From NCBI GenBank assembly GCA_965197465.1, contig OZ240209.1, positions 5,078,477 through 5,142,476 of the forward strand: DNA of 64,000 nt, in the 5' to 3' direction. The DNA comes from Candidatus Poribacteria bacterium (lineage in GTDB: Bacteria; Poribacteria; WGA-4E; JAJDTR01). Below, one piece after another: positions 10,535-20,262 of this stretch. The stretch's first letter is position 1, and the number at the start of each line of letters is the position of its first letter. Both the position numbers and the translations under genes were made by a program. The notes below the pieces were generated by a model that did no database searches, was not told the DNA's origin, and saw nothing but the letters and a program-made list of their open reading frames with translations.

Positions 10535-10717
10535 ATGAAACGCCAGCTCGTTAAGGAAACGGTGATTAACAAGCAGACGCTGCTATTCGTATACACTGGT
10601 GGTGGAGCGTTCGGGCATGAGTTGGGGCTCGTTTTTGACGTTGGAGGAGGCAGAGGCGTTTGCCCGGCGCCACACCCACGGAGGAAAGGTGAACGATGTA
10701 TCAAGACAGGGGGCTAG
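10535..10717 (+). pseudogene. Degraded copy of the small divergent ORF (paralog of 12240-12458)
   Basis: Same N-terminus MKRQLV(K/R)ETVINK.TLLF. A roughly 20-bp deletion relative to 12240-12458 shifts the frame. Confidence 0.4.
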
Positions 10718-10845
10718 CCTCCCATGAATGTTTGAATCCGTACGAGGCGCACCTGTGGTGGCTGCCGATGTTCTTCTGGCGCAGCGCCCCGGATGTGACG
10801 ATGGCGGCGGTTGTTTTATCCTTTCTTCCTACCGCCTCCCCCATT

Positions 10846-11956
10846 TTATTGTTTTTGCTTTATGGCGCCCCAGGTGACGGCGGCTTTGTTGTAGGGTTGA
10901 AGGCGGGGAAAGGCGGCGCGGTAGATGCCCTCGTCCGTGGCGGCGTACAGGTCCGATCGATGGGATACGAGCGAGTCTACTTTGGCGCCGTTTAGTCCTA
11001 CGTAGGACCAGGTTTCGGATCGCTCATTAAACACGTACACGCCCCGGCGTCGAATTGCGGCAAAGATACGGTTGTCATGGGAAACCAGCGCATCTATATA
11101 GGCCCACTGCGAAGCCGATCGGTGATCGCGCGGGTGCGGCGGAAGGCCTTGGACAAGCGGGTGACTCAACGCGTTTTCGTATCGTGCGAAATAGGCGGTT
11201 TCCCCTTCGTCCCCTTCGTGATACTCTGCGGCAACATAGATTCGATTGTTGTGCACCACCCAGGCGGTAGGGAACCGGAGGCTTCCGTGCTGGGGGAGTA
11301 CGAATTCCCATGTGCGGCCGTTGTCTGGCGAACGTACTATCGTATATTTCAGGGCTGCCCACAGATAGCCGTCGAACTCTAGCAACTGGGCGTCATTATA
11401 AGAGAGGTAGTCATCAAGTGCGCCCTCGGCCGGCACGATCCACTCCAGCGTTACGTCCAGCCAGGTCTCGCCCCGGTCGTAAGATATATATATTGGGCCG
11501 CGCATCACGGCGATGACCGCGCCGGAACGTGTGACGAGTATTTGTTTAATCCAGCCGTAATAGGTACCTCCGTCGGCATATTCGAATAGGCGGAGCCCGT
11601 TGTTTATGGGCTTCCATGTCTCCCCCCGGTCGTCGGATCGCAACATGCCGACATCCCTATACGATCCGACATAGATGGTATTTCCATGGACGGTGAATGC
11701 GCTAACACCACGTTCGAATTCGGTCGTACGCCAAGTCCAAGTGGCACCGTTGTCGTCCGAGACTTCAAGTCCGCGCTCTGTCGCGCCGTAGAGGCGGCGC
11801 CCATCGGATTGGAGTCTGTACACACGATTATTGACCTCGGCGCCGCCGACCGGAATCCAGATAGTTTGGATGTCGGCATTCGATTGGTCCGCTAGCATAG
11901 TCATCATTACTAAGAAAATGAAAGCGGTTCGGATAAAACGTCGAGTCCATACCATT
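10846..11956 (-). CDS. Secreted BNR/Asp-box repeat beta-propeller protein
   Basis: Asp-boxes (RSDDRGETW, VSDDNGATW, SYDRGETW, RSPDNGRTW). Signal peptide starts at MVWTRRF, with the start codon at 11954-11956 behind a GGAGG RBS; the upstream in-frame extension to 12138 is probably not translated. C-terminus ..QPYNKAAVTWGAIKQKQ. Confidence 0.7.
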
Positions 11957-12235
11957 GGATTTCCTCCCTTCGAATCGATGGCTATCGGATTGATTGTGTT
12001 AGTAGAACTTGAGCAAGTTTTGTGCCACGCCCATAAGTTGCCGTGACTCGGCAGTATCCCACGAATTATATCAAACTTGCCCAGATGTGTCGCGGCGGTT
12101 TGTACTTTCCTATCTAACAAGTGAACGCCAATGTTCATTTTTTGTGCAAGAGGGGCGTTGGCAGCTATCGCAACAGTGCTTGTGTCTTACAATTTCGTGA
12201 GAGTGCAGGGCGGTGAACGCTCGGTTCAATTTCTA
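11957..12235 (-). promoter_or_regulatory. Conserved leader/promoter element upstream of the BNR gene
   Basis: Shared with 10320-10510, 14255-14381, 38860-39010 and 46003-46262. Palindrome tgaacGccaatgttca followed by T6. Confidence 0.6.
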
Positions 12236-12239
12236 GGAT

Positions 12240-12458
12240 GTGTCTATGAAACGCCAACTCGTTAGGGAAACGGTGATTAACAAGCGGACGCTGCTATTCT
12301 ACCGTCTGGAGAGCGGTTCGTATACGCTGGTGGTGGAGCGTTCGGGCATGAGTTGGGGCTCGTTTGCGACGTTGGAGGAGGCCGAAGCGTTTGCCCGGCG
12401 CCACATGCAGGGAGGGGAGGTGAACGATGTATCAAGACAGGGGGCTAGCCTCCGATGA
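12240..12458 (+). CDS. Small hypothetical protein, divergent from the BNR array
   Basis: 72 aa. Intact counterpart of the degraded copy at 10535-10717. Confidence 0.35.
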   Translation: MSMKRQLVRETVINKRTLLFYRLESGSYTLVVERSGMSWGSFATLEEAEAFARRHMQGGEVNDVSRQGASLR

Positions 12459-12974
12459 ATGTTTGAATCCGTGCAAGGCGCATCTGGGGTGGATACCGAA
12501 TGTTCCGGATCGGTTGGACGAAACCCCGGAGTAGGGTGACATGCTGTGTTTGTGGCCGCTGTTTTTGATGCGACCGGGCGACGGTACGATAGAGCACCGC
12601 GCCGTACACGCAGTGTGCTGATACGGTTCTGAGTGGAAGAGGCAGCCGACGTGCATCCGGCTCATTCGGTCAAGACGATCGACCGCATTAGGGATTCAAT
12701 GAAGGTACCTCTCCTTCGGTCAATCTCCGCATGCGTAGCGTAACAACGCGCCGCCGGAATGGCATTTCAGTCGTACCGCAATGCCGGCTTCGGCGGCATT
12801 GGCAGTTTCGTTCGTACAGTACGTCCAAATCTTCAGTGTCCGCCTTTCCAAATACCATTTCAAGATGGGGATTGTCGGACCGTTATCGGAGTCGGGTGCA
12901 TTGGTGACGGTGAGGCCGATAGGCGGTTCCGAAAAAACGACCTACGAGTAGGAGCAGTAGGATTAGTGGCTTCA

Positions 12975-13397
12975 TTAAGGTGTCCATGTGCGCAGTGTTG
13001 TGCGTCCGCAGCTCCACATTAAATCCCATTCGAGGACCTCGCCGCTGACAGGCGTGAAACGAATGCGGGATATGTCCTCGTTTCCAGCGCTGTACGACAT
13101 CGGACGACGAGGCCCATCGTGTTTAGCTCGTAAATAGCCGATGGGAGCCGAGAAGTAGACAGTGAACGACGCGTCTCCTGTTGCGTCGAATTCAGGGATA
13201 ATGGCACGCTTGGGAACATCATCGGGGGCGCTCCAATCGGCTGTAATGACCTGCATCGGTGGAGATACGCTGACCAGTAGAGCGGGATTGGCATCAAGGA
13301 TTACGTGCGGCACGACGTGGTTATGCTCTTGCGGGTCGTGTTGGTGGTCGCCGCAAGCGAAGAGAACGACCATCAGCAGCAGGCTTAAGCGTATCAT
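12975..13397 (-). CDS. His-rich lipoprotein (paralog family)
   Basis: Lipobox LFAC followed by GDHQHDPQEHNHVVPH. C-terminus ..LMWSCGRTTLRTWTP. Start assigned at MIRLSLLL (start codon at 13395-13397). Confidence 0.55.
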   Translation of the reverse strand: MIRLSLLLMVVLFACGDHQHDPQEHNHVVPHVILDANPALLVSVSPPMQVITADWSAPDDVPKRAIIPEFDATGDASFTVYFSAPIGYLRAKHDGPRRPMSYSAGNEDISRIRFTPVSGEVLEWDLMWSCGRTTLRTWTP

Positions 13398-13417
13398 GTT
13401 TTTCTCCTTTCGCCGGT

Positions 13418-13864
13418 TCACGGCGTCCAAACGGGCACTCGCGCGCTGCCGCAGTTCCAGATTAGTTCGAATTCCAGGTAGCGCCCCGGATAAGTCCGCG
13501 TGGACCACTGCACGTAATCTTGGCCCCCGGCCCCGGTGCCGTACCAGTTTACCGGAGGCGGATGCGGTCCGAGGTAACTAATGTGCACGTATAGCGGCGG
13601 CTTTGAGAAGGTGACGGTGATGACGTGGTCTTCTTTGTCGGCCGGCTCGAGGATAACGGCCTGCTTGACGACCGATGGGTGTGCGTCCCACTCGTCGGTT
13701 ACGGGCTTGAGCGGCGGGTCGATGTCTATGATAATAGCCGCGTCGGCGTCCACAACAAGCTGTGATACGACGTGTTCATGACCGTCGTCATGCTCGTGGC
13801 TGCAGGCGGCGAGTAGTAGCAGGAGTGGGGTTAGGATAAATGTTAAGCCGAGTTTGTTATTCAT
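13418..13864 (-). CDS. His-rich lipoprotein (paralog)
   Basis: LLAAC lipobox, then SHEHDDGHEHVV. C-terminus ..LIWNCGSARVPVWTP. Shares ..ITVTFSKPP.. with the 43978 and 44391 lipoproteins. Confidence 0.55.
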   Translation of the reverse strand: MNNKLGLTFILTPLLLLLAACSHEHDDGHEHVVSQLVVDADAAIIIDIDPPLKPVTDEWDAHPSVVKQAVILEPADKEDHVITVTFSKPPLYVHISYLGPHPPPVNWYGTGAGGQDYVQWSTRTYPGRYLEFELIWNCGSARVPVWTP

Positions 13865-14106
13865 GAATGGGCTCCTTCATTTTTTTTTAACGGCGAGCCA
13901 CCAGGGGGCGGCCAGCGGTTGCTCTTATCCGGCCATATATTCACAATCTGGACGTTCGGGCGGGGGGCGTCCGCCACGACGTGCGGCGGTGGGGATTCCT
14001 CGCCGCAGCCGGTTATCAGGACGACAGCACCGATGAAAAAGAATGCGTATAGGGCGACGATCACCGCCGCCTTAACGATTCGTACGAACAAATTGGAGCC
14101 GTTCAT
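13861..14106 (-). CDS. Small membrane lipoprotein
   Basis: 81 aa. TM segment then a ..ITGCGEE.. lipobox. A truncated relative lies at about 38700-38760. Confidence 0.4.
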   Translation of the reverse strand: MNGSNLFVRIVKAAVIVALYAFFFIGAVVLITGCGEESPPPHVVADAPRPNVQIVNIWPDKSNRWPPPGGSPLKKNEGAHS

Positions 14107-14254
14107 AGGGTTTTCACCTTTTCGGCAGTGTTAGTTCTCATAGCGGCAGCACTTCGTGAAAGTCGATCCGAGTTGAGTGCACAAAATTTGCCGTCTCTTG
14201 TAGAGTTGATAGTTCTTGAATTGATTGCGTTATTCGAGTGTGTGCAAGTTATGC

Positions 14255-14381
14255 GCCACTATCTATCACGCACCAAGGCTGTCCTAGTCCATAAGCTGCC
14301 CTGTATTAGCACTACCCTACGAATTGCATCAAACTCACCTCCTGCTGTGTCTTATTCGTATCTAACAAGCGAACGCTCGGT
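14255..14381 (-). promoter_or_regulatory. Conserved leader element (shorter copy)
   Basis: Aligns to the 5' part of the other leaders (..ccacgaattgcatcaaactcacc..tatctaacaagcgaacgc..). Confidence 0.5.
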
Positions 14382-14882
14382 TCAATGAAGGAGCCGCTCC
14401 GACGGATCTGCGCATGCGTACCGTAACAACGCGCCGCCGGAATGCCATTGCAGTCGTACTGCAAAGCCACCGCCGCCGGCTGCCGCTGTTTCCTCCGTAC
14501 AGTAGGTGGAAATCTTCGGTGTCCGCCCTTCCAAACGCCATCCCGATATGGGTATTGTAGAACGTCCGTCGGGGTCGGGTACGTCGGTGACGGTGAGGTC
14601 GATAGGCAGTTCAGAAAAAAGGACCCAGACCTGCTGCAGCCCCTCGTATGTGAGTTTTCCGATGCCGATTGGTTGTTTATCGCTGACGGATTGGCCCGGG
14701 TCTTCCCAGATGATTTGCGCATCGGGGTATGTGACTGGGGCGTGGGTATGGTCGGCCAGGCTGTGTTCGTGTGCTATGAGCGTATGCTCGTGGGTGTGGT
14801 CGTGTTCGTGTTGGTGGTCTGTTAGCGGGTGGTCGTGGCTGCAGGCGAGGAGGGTGATGAGCAGGAACATGAAGATTCTCAT
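14382..14882 (-). CDS. His-rich lipoprotein
   Basis: Lipobox LLAC followed by SHDHPLTDHQHEHDHTHEHTLIAHEHSLADHTH, a strong metal-binding signature. Confidence 0.55.
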   Translation of the reverse strand: MRIFMFLLITLLACSHDHPLTDHQHEHDHTHEHTLIAHEHSLADHTHAPVTYPDAQIIWEDPGQSVSDKQPIGIGKLTYEGLQQVWVLFSELPIDLTVTDVPDPDGRSTIPISGWRLEGRTPKISTYCTEETAAAGGGGFAVRLQWHSGGALLRYACADPSERLLH

Positions 14883-14896
14883 GAAACTTTGCCTCT

Positions 14897-15915
14897 TTAT
14901 TGTTTTTGCTTTATGGCGCCCCAGGTGACGACGGATTTGATGTGGGGGTGAACGACAGGTATTCTGGCTCGGTAGAGGCCTTTGTCTTCGACGGCGGCGT
15001 ACAGGTAATCCTGATGGGGTATGAGATCGACGACGAGAACATCGTGCAGCCCCGCCTTAACAAACGTTTCGGTGTGGTGGTCAAACTGGTAAACACCGGC
15101 GAAGAGGCGGCCGCGATGCACGGCCAAGCTTGTGAAATGCGGGGAGTCAGGTGAGGGTGGAAGCCCTTCGCTGAAATACTCCCAGTCGTGTTCGTCTTCG
15201 TTCCACCGGCCGAACACGTGGCGGATGACGTACAATCGGCCGTTAAATTCTTGCCAGTCGTCTATGCGGGTGAACTTAAATTTTTTAGTCCATCGCCACG
15301 TTTTGCCTCTGTATGGGGAACGGGTGATACCGCCGGTGGTGGCGGCCCACCAGTAACCGTCGAACTCGGCCATGGACCAGATATCGTGGCTAATGCGAAT
15401 CGTATTGTTAAAGTTCCCGGGAACGCGCCAGAGTTTGTAGGTACTCTTCCACCACTCGCCGCGGTTGGTGGATATATAGGCGCCCGCGTAATACTTGCAG
15501 GTTATGGCGGTGCCGGGGAGCGCGTAACGAGTATTTGGTTTACTTCGGCATACCTGCGCTCGTCGACAAACGGGCCAATGTCAAACGTGTCAATGCCGAC
15601 ACTTTTGTGTTCCCATGTGACGCCGCCGCTGTCGGAGCGGTATAGGCCGTGCTTAAGCGTGCCTGCATAGACGGCATTCTTACCGACGCCTATTGCAGTA
15701 ACGTGGCGGTCCGGCAGGGTTAATCGGAAGGTATAACCGGGGCCCCGGGACATGTAAAATCCGCCCGAATACCCGAGATAGAGGCGGTGCTCGTCGGATT
15801 CAAGGATGGTTGCATAATTCAGATCGTCGAAATCATAGACGAGCTCCCAGTCAACTTGAAGCGCGGCGTGGGCGACGGCAGCGAGTAGCATCGCGAGCAG
15901 AACTAGGTATTTCAT
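14897..15915 (-). pseudogene. BNR propeller paralog disrupted by frameshift/internal deletion
   Basis: N-terminal part (15502-15915, signal peptide MKYLVLLAMLLAAVAHA) and C-terminal part (14897-15373, ..EFDGYWWAA..VVTWGAIKQKQ) lie in different frames. About 70 bp is missing relative to the paralogs. Confidence 0.55.
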
Positions 15916-16943
15916 GGTCGTTTGATTGCTCCCCAGGTGACGGCGGCTTTGTTGTAGGAACTCAAGCGGGGGAAGGACGCGCGGTAGATCCCTTCCTCGG
16001 TGACGGCGTACAGATCGGATTGGTGGGATAAGAGCGAGGTCACGGTCACGCCGTCGAGGCCTGCGGGGAACCACTCTTCGGAGCGCTCGTCGAACACGTA
16101 AACGCCCCGGTTCACGAGTCCGGCGATCACACGACCGCGGTTAAGAACCAAGGCGTTTACCTCGCAACGGAGGGTTACGCCGCTGCTGTCCGGCAACCCG
16201 GCTACGGGATACCGCCACTGGTTGATGCGGTCGAACCGCGTTAAAAACGAGTTGCTCATCGGACCGTACTCCTTGGCGGTGATAAACACGGTATCATCGA
16301 GCACGGCCCAACCGGTAGGCCAAGCGAGCCAACGGAAGACCAGGTTACTATACTCGAAGATGCGAAAGCGGGCATCCTCTTCGGCTTTCAGTACGGCGGC
16401 GGTGGGGCTGCCGTGTTTGTCCAATATCGCGACGCCGCGTCCCACATGCCAGTCGGTGGCGTCGATGCGCCAGTTTCCACCAGCATCGCGCCACAAATTG
16501 CGGCCGTAGGGGGACTCATCGGTGCAGCACGCCATGGCACTGAATACAACGCCGTGAGGGGTGTAGAATTTGTACCGGTAGAGGCCGTAGTCAGCACCAG
16601 CCGGGAAGTCTCTTTGGGTATCGAAAAAGTGCAGCCCGCCGCCGACGTGCTCCCATGTTCTGCCACGGCTATCTGATCGATAGACGCCGTCATAGGCATT
16701 CGAGCCGACATAGACCTCGTCCGGGGTGGCTTCCAACACGCGCACCGGTTGAGTAAATCCGGTTAAACGCCAGGAGTGGCCGTTATCAAAGGACCGGTAG
16801 AGTCCGCGGGCAGTGCCGGCGTAGATGTTGCCGCCGTCACTTTTAATGATGTGCGCCGAATGTTCCGGGCCGTCGATTGGCGTCCAGGGCGAGGCGTGGA
16901 CGGAAGCGGCGAGCAGGATCACGATTAGGCTCAGGTATTTCAT
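15912..16943 (-). CDS. Secreted BNR/Asp-box beta-propeller protein
   Basis: Signal peptide MKYLSLIVILLAASVHA. Asp-boxes. C-terminus ..SSYNKAAVTWGAIKRP. Its stop TGA overlaps the ATG of the next copy (ATGA). Confidence 0.65.
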   Translation of the reverse strand: MKYLSLIVILLAASVHASPWTPIDGPEHSAHIIKSDGGNIYAGTARGLYRSFDNGHSWRLTGFTQPVRVLEATPDEVYVGSNAYDGVYRSDSRGRTWEHVGGGLHFFDTQRDFPAGADYGLYRYKFYTPHGVVFSAMACCTDESPYGRNLWRDAGGNWRIDATDWHVGRGVAILDKHGSPTAAVLKAEEDARFRIFEYSNLVFRWLAWPTGWAVLDDTVFITAKEYGPMSNSFLTRFDRINQWRYPVAGLPDSSGVTLRCEVNALVLNRGRVIAGLVNRGVYVFDERSEEWFPAGLDGVTVTSLLSHQSDLYAVTEEGIYRASFPRLSSYNKAAVTWGAIKRP

Positions 16944-16951
16944 GGTTTCCT

Positions 16952-17449
16952 CTAGCGGATGCCGAGGGTTAGCTTGGACTCGCCGATGGTGTAGAAATCG
17001 TTTCCGCTGATGAAGCTTGATATTTCGACGTCTATGGAGGTCACGATGCCCCGCCATTCGGGGTCGTGATTGTTTTTGTCCCAATCATAGGGCCACGCAT
17101 TGTAAAGGGAACAGTAAAAGTCATCCAATACTTTGGGAAAGATGCCGTAGTAAACGCTTGTGTCGGGGTATACGGTCACGTAGTACGGGGCGTCGTCTAT
17201 GACAAAATTACCGCCATCCCCGCTGAATCCTTTGTACGCAGCCCCCACGCGGACGGCTACCTGATAAGGCAGCGGCTCTCTCGCAACCAGCTTGTAGTGG
17301 TAGTATCTGTCAGAATCGGGAAAGTCCTCCTCCAGGGCTTCCTCGCCGCAGCCGGCTAACAGGCTTAACGCGGCGACGATGAATAGCACGGCGAGCGCAA
17401 TGAGCAGAGACAATTTTATGAGGCGTTCGTAGGCTTCGAAGCTGTGCAT
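16952..17449 (-). CDS. Lipoprotein, unknown function
   Basis: 165 aa. TM/signal then an LLAGCGEE lipobox. Tyr/Asp-rich. Confidence 0.5.
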   Translation of the reverse strand: MHSFEAYERLIKLSLLIALAVLFIVAALSLLAGCGEEALEEDFPDSDRYYHYKLVAREPLPYQVAVRVGAAYKGFSGDGGNFVIDDAPYYVTVYPDTSVYYGIFPKVLDDFYCSLYNAWPYDWDKNNHDPEWRGIVTSIDVEISSFISGNDFYTIGESKLTLGIR

Positions 17450-17750
17450 TTAGGTTGTCCTTGAGAAGTGACGGCATCCGGATAGACAATGACGGGCGAT
17501 AGAGGGCAAGTAGCGTGCCACTAGCGCAAACGCCGTCGCGGGCGTGGTTTTGCGGGGCGGCGGTTACAACAAAATGGACAGTGGTGTTCACTTTGTGTGC
17601 ACTGGCGAGGGTGGAATCGGGTGGGCTATTCTCGCCGGGAAAGGATGAATTAAGGTGAGAGAACGCATCAACCATTGCGATTGGCGGGCATCATAGCAAA
17701 GGTAAAATCGAGGTGTAAACAGAGAAACAATTAAGAAATACCAAGAGAAG

Positions 17751-18116
17751 TTGCAATTCTCATTCCCATCAGCTAAAATAGAGCACCACTTTTTTTGGGA
17801 AGGAGAATTACCAGTGCCGCAACGAACAAGCAAAATCTCGGATACCACACTCGTTGAGATTATCGCAAAACGGCTCCTTGGGGTAACACAGTCGGAAATT
17901 GCGAAAGAGTATGGGGTATCCAAACAAACCATTCAGTATTACGAGACAAAAGAGACCTCGAAGGATTTGAAGAAGATTGTACTTCAAAGGATAGCCGAAA
18001 CTGTGGGTGACGCACTCGGAGAACAGGCGCTTGAGCAACTGGCGATCCGGAAACATGATAAACCCGATAATGAGCCGGATGTACAGAGCGGCAACTTCGG
18101 CTTGAGCGCGAAATGA
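17751..18116 (+). CDS. HTH domain protein (putative DNA-binding)
   Basis: ..LLGVTQSEIAKEYGVSKQTIQYY.. is a classic helix-turn-helix. The start may be internal. Confidence 0.4.
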   Translation: MQFSFPSAKIEHHFFWEGELPVPQRTSKISDTTLVEIIAKRLLGVTQSEIAKEYGVSKQTIQYYETKETSKDLKKIVLQRIAETVGDALGEQALEQLAIRKHDKPDNEPDVQSGNFGLSAK

Positions 18117-18361
18117 AAAAGAGAACTGTTAATGCTATAAAGAAAGCAGTTTTGAATGCCGGCATCCCGTTTACGCTCTGCACGATCATTATAACCGTGG
18201 TGTTCATCGTGGTGATGAGACGAGACCAGATCCACGGTATTGAACTCTTGTACTGGTTTCTGGACTACGCTTTCGATTACATCGGCCTGCTCTGGATGGC
18301 GGCGTTCACCGTGTTCATCTTGGCGCTCTACTTTTACCAGTCGTCGTCCGACGACGAATAA
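18113..18361 (+). CDS. Small 2-TM membrane protein
   Basis: 82 aa with two hydrophobic helices. Overlaps the upstream stop. Confidence 0.35.
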   Translation: MKKRTVNAIKKAVLNAGIPFTLCTIIITVVFIVVMRRDQIHGIELLYWFLDYAFDYIGLLWMAAFTVFILALYFYQSSSDDE

Positions 18362-18389
18362 CCGTCCACGGCCCAATAGGGAGGAAACC

Positions 18390-19241
18390 ATGTTACGCCT
18401 AGCCTTTGTCCTTCTCGCCATTGTCCACGCCGGCTGTTCCCAGCATAAACCCGTCGAAGCGCCCGCCCCCGAGCCGTGGCCAGACGATAAACAGGCGCCT
18501 GTCGTTCATTACTGGCTCACGAACGATTTCGTTGACCTGACCCATAAGGACGTGGTCAAAATCGGCTCCGACATGGCGATAAGCTGCGGCACCGCACAAT
18601 TCCACGTGGGTTCCGGAGCGGCGCGGCACCGCCGAGAAGCGTTGGAGGACAGACTCAACCACTGGTTCGCCTCGATCGTAAAGCGCGTGGACGACGAGAT
18701 GAAGGCCGGAGGCGATGTGCGGGTGGTGCTCCGCCAGCTACAGGACGAGATCGGCCAACCCATCAACATCTTCCTGTCCAACGAAACGCTGACCGCCGAG
18801 GACGGCGGCAGGAGCGGCTTCATGGAACGCCTCGCCGAGGAACTCTACTTCGCCGAACGCACATTGGGAATGTCCCTCGAGCAGTTTGTTTCGGCAGCCT
18901 TTTACCACATTCAGGAAGGGATCGAGGCGGAACGACAAGACGAAGTTACAATAGAACTTCCGCCCGACATCAAAGCCGAGATCGCAGACGCCGAGCACCA
19001 ATTGGAGGACGCCGAAACCATGTGGCACGTCATCGAATCTGGCGTGGCACAGATGGTACGTGCCGAGACCGCATTAAAGGAGGTCGAAGAACTCTTCGAA
19101 GCAAACAGGCCCGGCTTAACCGAATCCGAAATTCGAGAATATGAGCGGCAAATCGGATACGCAAAGAGCGCTTTCCAATCCTTGAAAGAGCAAACCCGGG
19201 AGCTGCTGAAATCGACCGACAAGCAGATCCAACATGAATAG
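18390..19241 (+). CDS. Lipoprotein (paralog 1 of tandem pair)
   Basis: GGAGG RBS then ATG at 18390. Signal peptide ..LLAIVHAGCSQ. ..RREALEDRLNHWF.. is shared with paralog 2. Confidence 0.55.
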   Translation: MLRLAFVLLAIVHAGCSQHKPVEAPAPEPWPDDKQAPVVHYWLTNDFVDLTHKDVVKIGSDMAISCGTAQFHVGSGAARHRREALEDRLNHWFASIVKRVDDEMKAGGDVRVVLRQLQDEIGQPINIFLSNETLTAEDGGRSGFMERLAEELYFAERTLGMSLEQFVSAAFYHIQEGIEAERQDEVTIELPPDIKAEIADAEHQLEDAETMWHVIESGVAQMVRAETALKEVEELFEANRPGLTESEIREYERQIGYAKSAFQSLKEQTRELLKSTDKQIQHE

Positions 19242-20061
19242 CCCGTTCAGACGCCGGCTTTTAGCCGGACTACCTATACTCGCTGTGGCAAGCATCGTCC
19301 TAGCCGCCGGCTGTTGCGCCCACAAAGCAGCCGAACTGCCCTATATCGAGGAAACGATCGTCGCCCAAGTCGCGGGTTTTGCATGGGATACGCGCGATTT
19401 CGTCACGGCCAATAAACAGGGCAATTCCATAGACATGGGCAACATGAATACGACGGCGGACGGCACACGGGCCATGTACGACTACAACAACAGAACCCGC
19501 GAGCGCCGAGAAGCCTTGGTGGCCAGACTCAACGCCTGGTTCAAACCGATCGACCTGAGTGTTCTCACTCTGCTTGTCAACGGTGTCGACCCGCGGAACG
19601 TGATTACCAACTTGCCCGACCATGTCGGCAAGCCCTTCACGCCCTTCCTCTCGCCGGAAACCCTGGCTACCGAGAACCGCGAGGACTTTCTCGAACGCGT
19701 CGCCGATGATCTAGCGTTCGCCGAAGGAGCCTTGCACACCTCGCTGAGCAAATTTAGAGACCATGTGTCGTACTATCTCAAGGAGAAGATCAACAACGCC
19801 CTTGATGAGAAGTTCAAGCACCACCTCGAGCCGCCGAAATCGAAAAAACGCGACCATCCGAGTTACATATACGACCAAACCGCGGAGAAACTGCGACGCC
19901 TGTCCCTCGCCGAGCGCCGCGAATACCTCGAAGCACTGCGCGTGTCGTTGATCGAGGAATATAAAGATTCCCGGGATCCAGAATACCATGAGTTTTTGAT
20001 CCGCAGGTTCCTTCGCACCATGGAGGACCGGGACATCATTTTCGACGAAGAACGATACTGA
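19234..20061 (+). CDS. Lipoprotein (paralog 2 of tandem pair)
   Basis: Signal peptide ..LAAGCCAHK. ..RREALVARLNAWF... Overlaps paralog 1 by 8 nt. Confidence 0.55.
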   Translation: MNSPFRRRLLAGLPILAVASIVLAAGCCAHKAAELPYIEETIVAQVAGFAWDTRDFVTANKQGNSIDMGNMNTTADGTRAMYDYNNRTRERREALVARLNAWFKPIDLSVLTLLVNGVDPRNVITNLPDHVGKPFTPFLSPETLATENREDFLERVADDLAFAEGALHTSLSKFRDHVSYYLKEKINNALDEKFKHHLEPPKSKKRDHPSYIYDQTAEKLRRLSLAERREYLEALRVSLIEEYKDSRDPEYHEFLIRRFLRTMEDRDIIFDEERY

Positions 20062-20262
20062 ACTTACCCCCATCCTTTAGACAGAAACTAACGAGATTTA
20101 AGTAATAAAGTCCGGTTAAACTTGGTCAAATTCAGCGCCTGAGGTTATTGGAAATACACCTTGTAGGGATCTCTACCGCACTCGCTATCCGCTCGCTTGC
20201 TGGTTTACAGTAATCGAGCGATTGATGAAACCGATGTAAGTGTCGATGGGGAGGTTACTGTT
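20058..20262 (+). repeat. About 200-bp direct repeat, copy 2
   Basis: Near-identical to 8095-8300. Confidence 0.85.

Noticed and set aside
10846-12138. Long N-terminal extensions of the BNR ORFs (e.g. to 12138 and to 46152)
   Set aside because: An internal Met gives a canonical signal peptide with a GGAGG RBS. The extensions run through the conserved leader DNA and are probably not translated.
12115-12150. gtgaacaccaatgttcatttttt as a rho-independent terminator
   Set aside because: The stem is only 6 bp, AT-containing and of low stability. The conserved position inside the leader upstream of the genes favours an operator or regulatory role, though termination or attenuation is not fully excluded.
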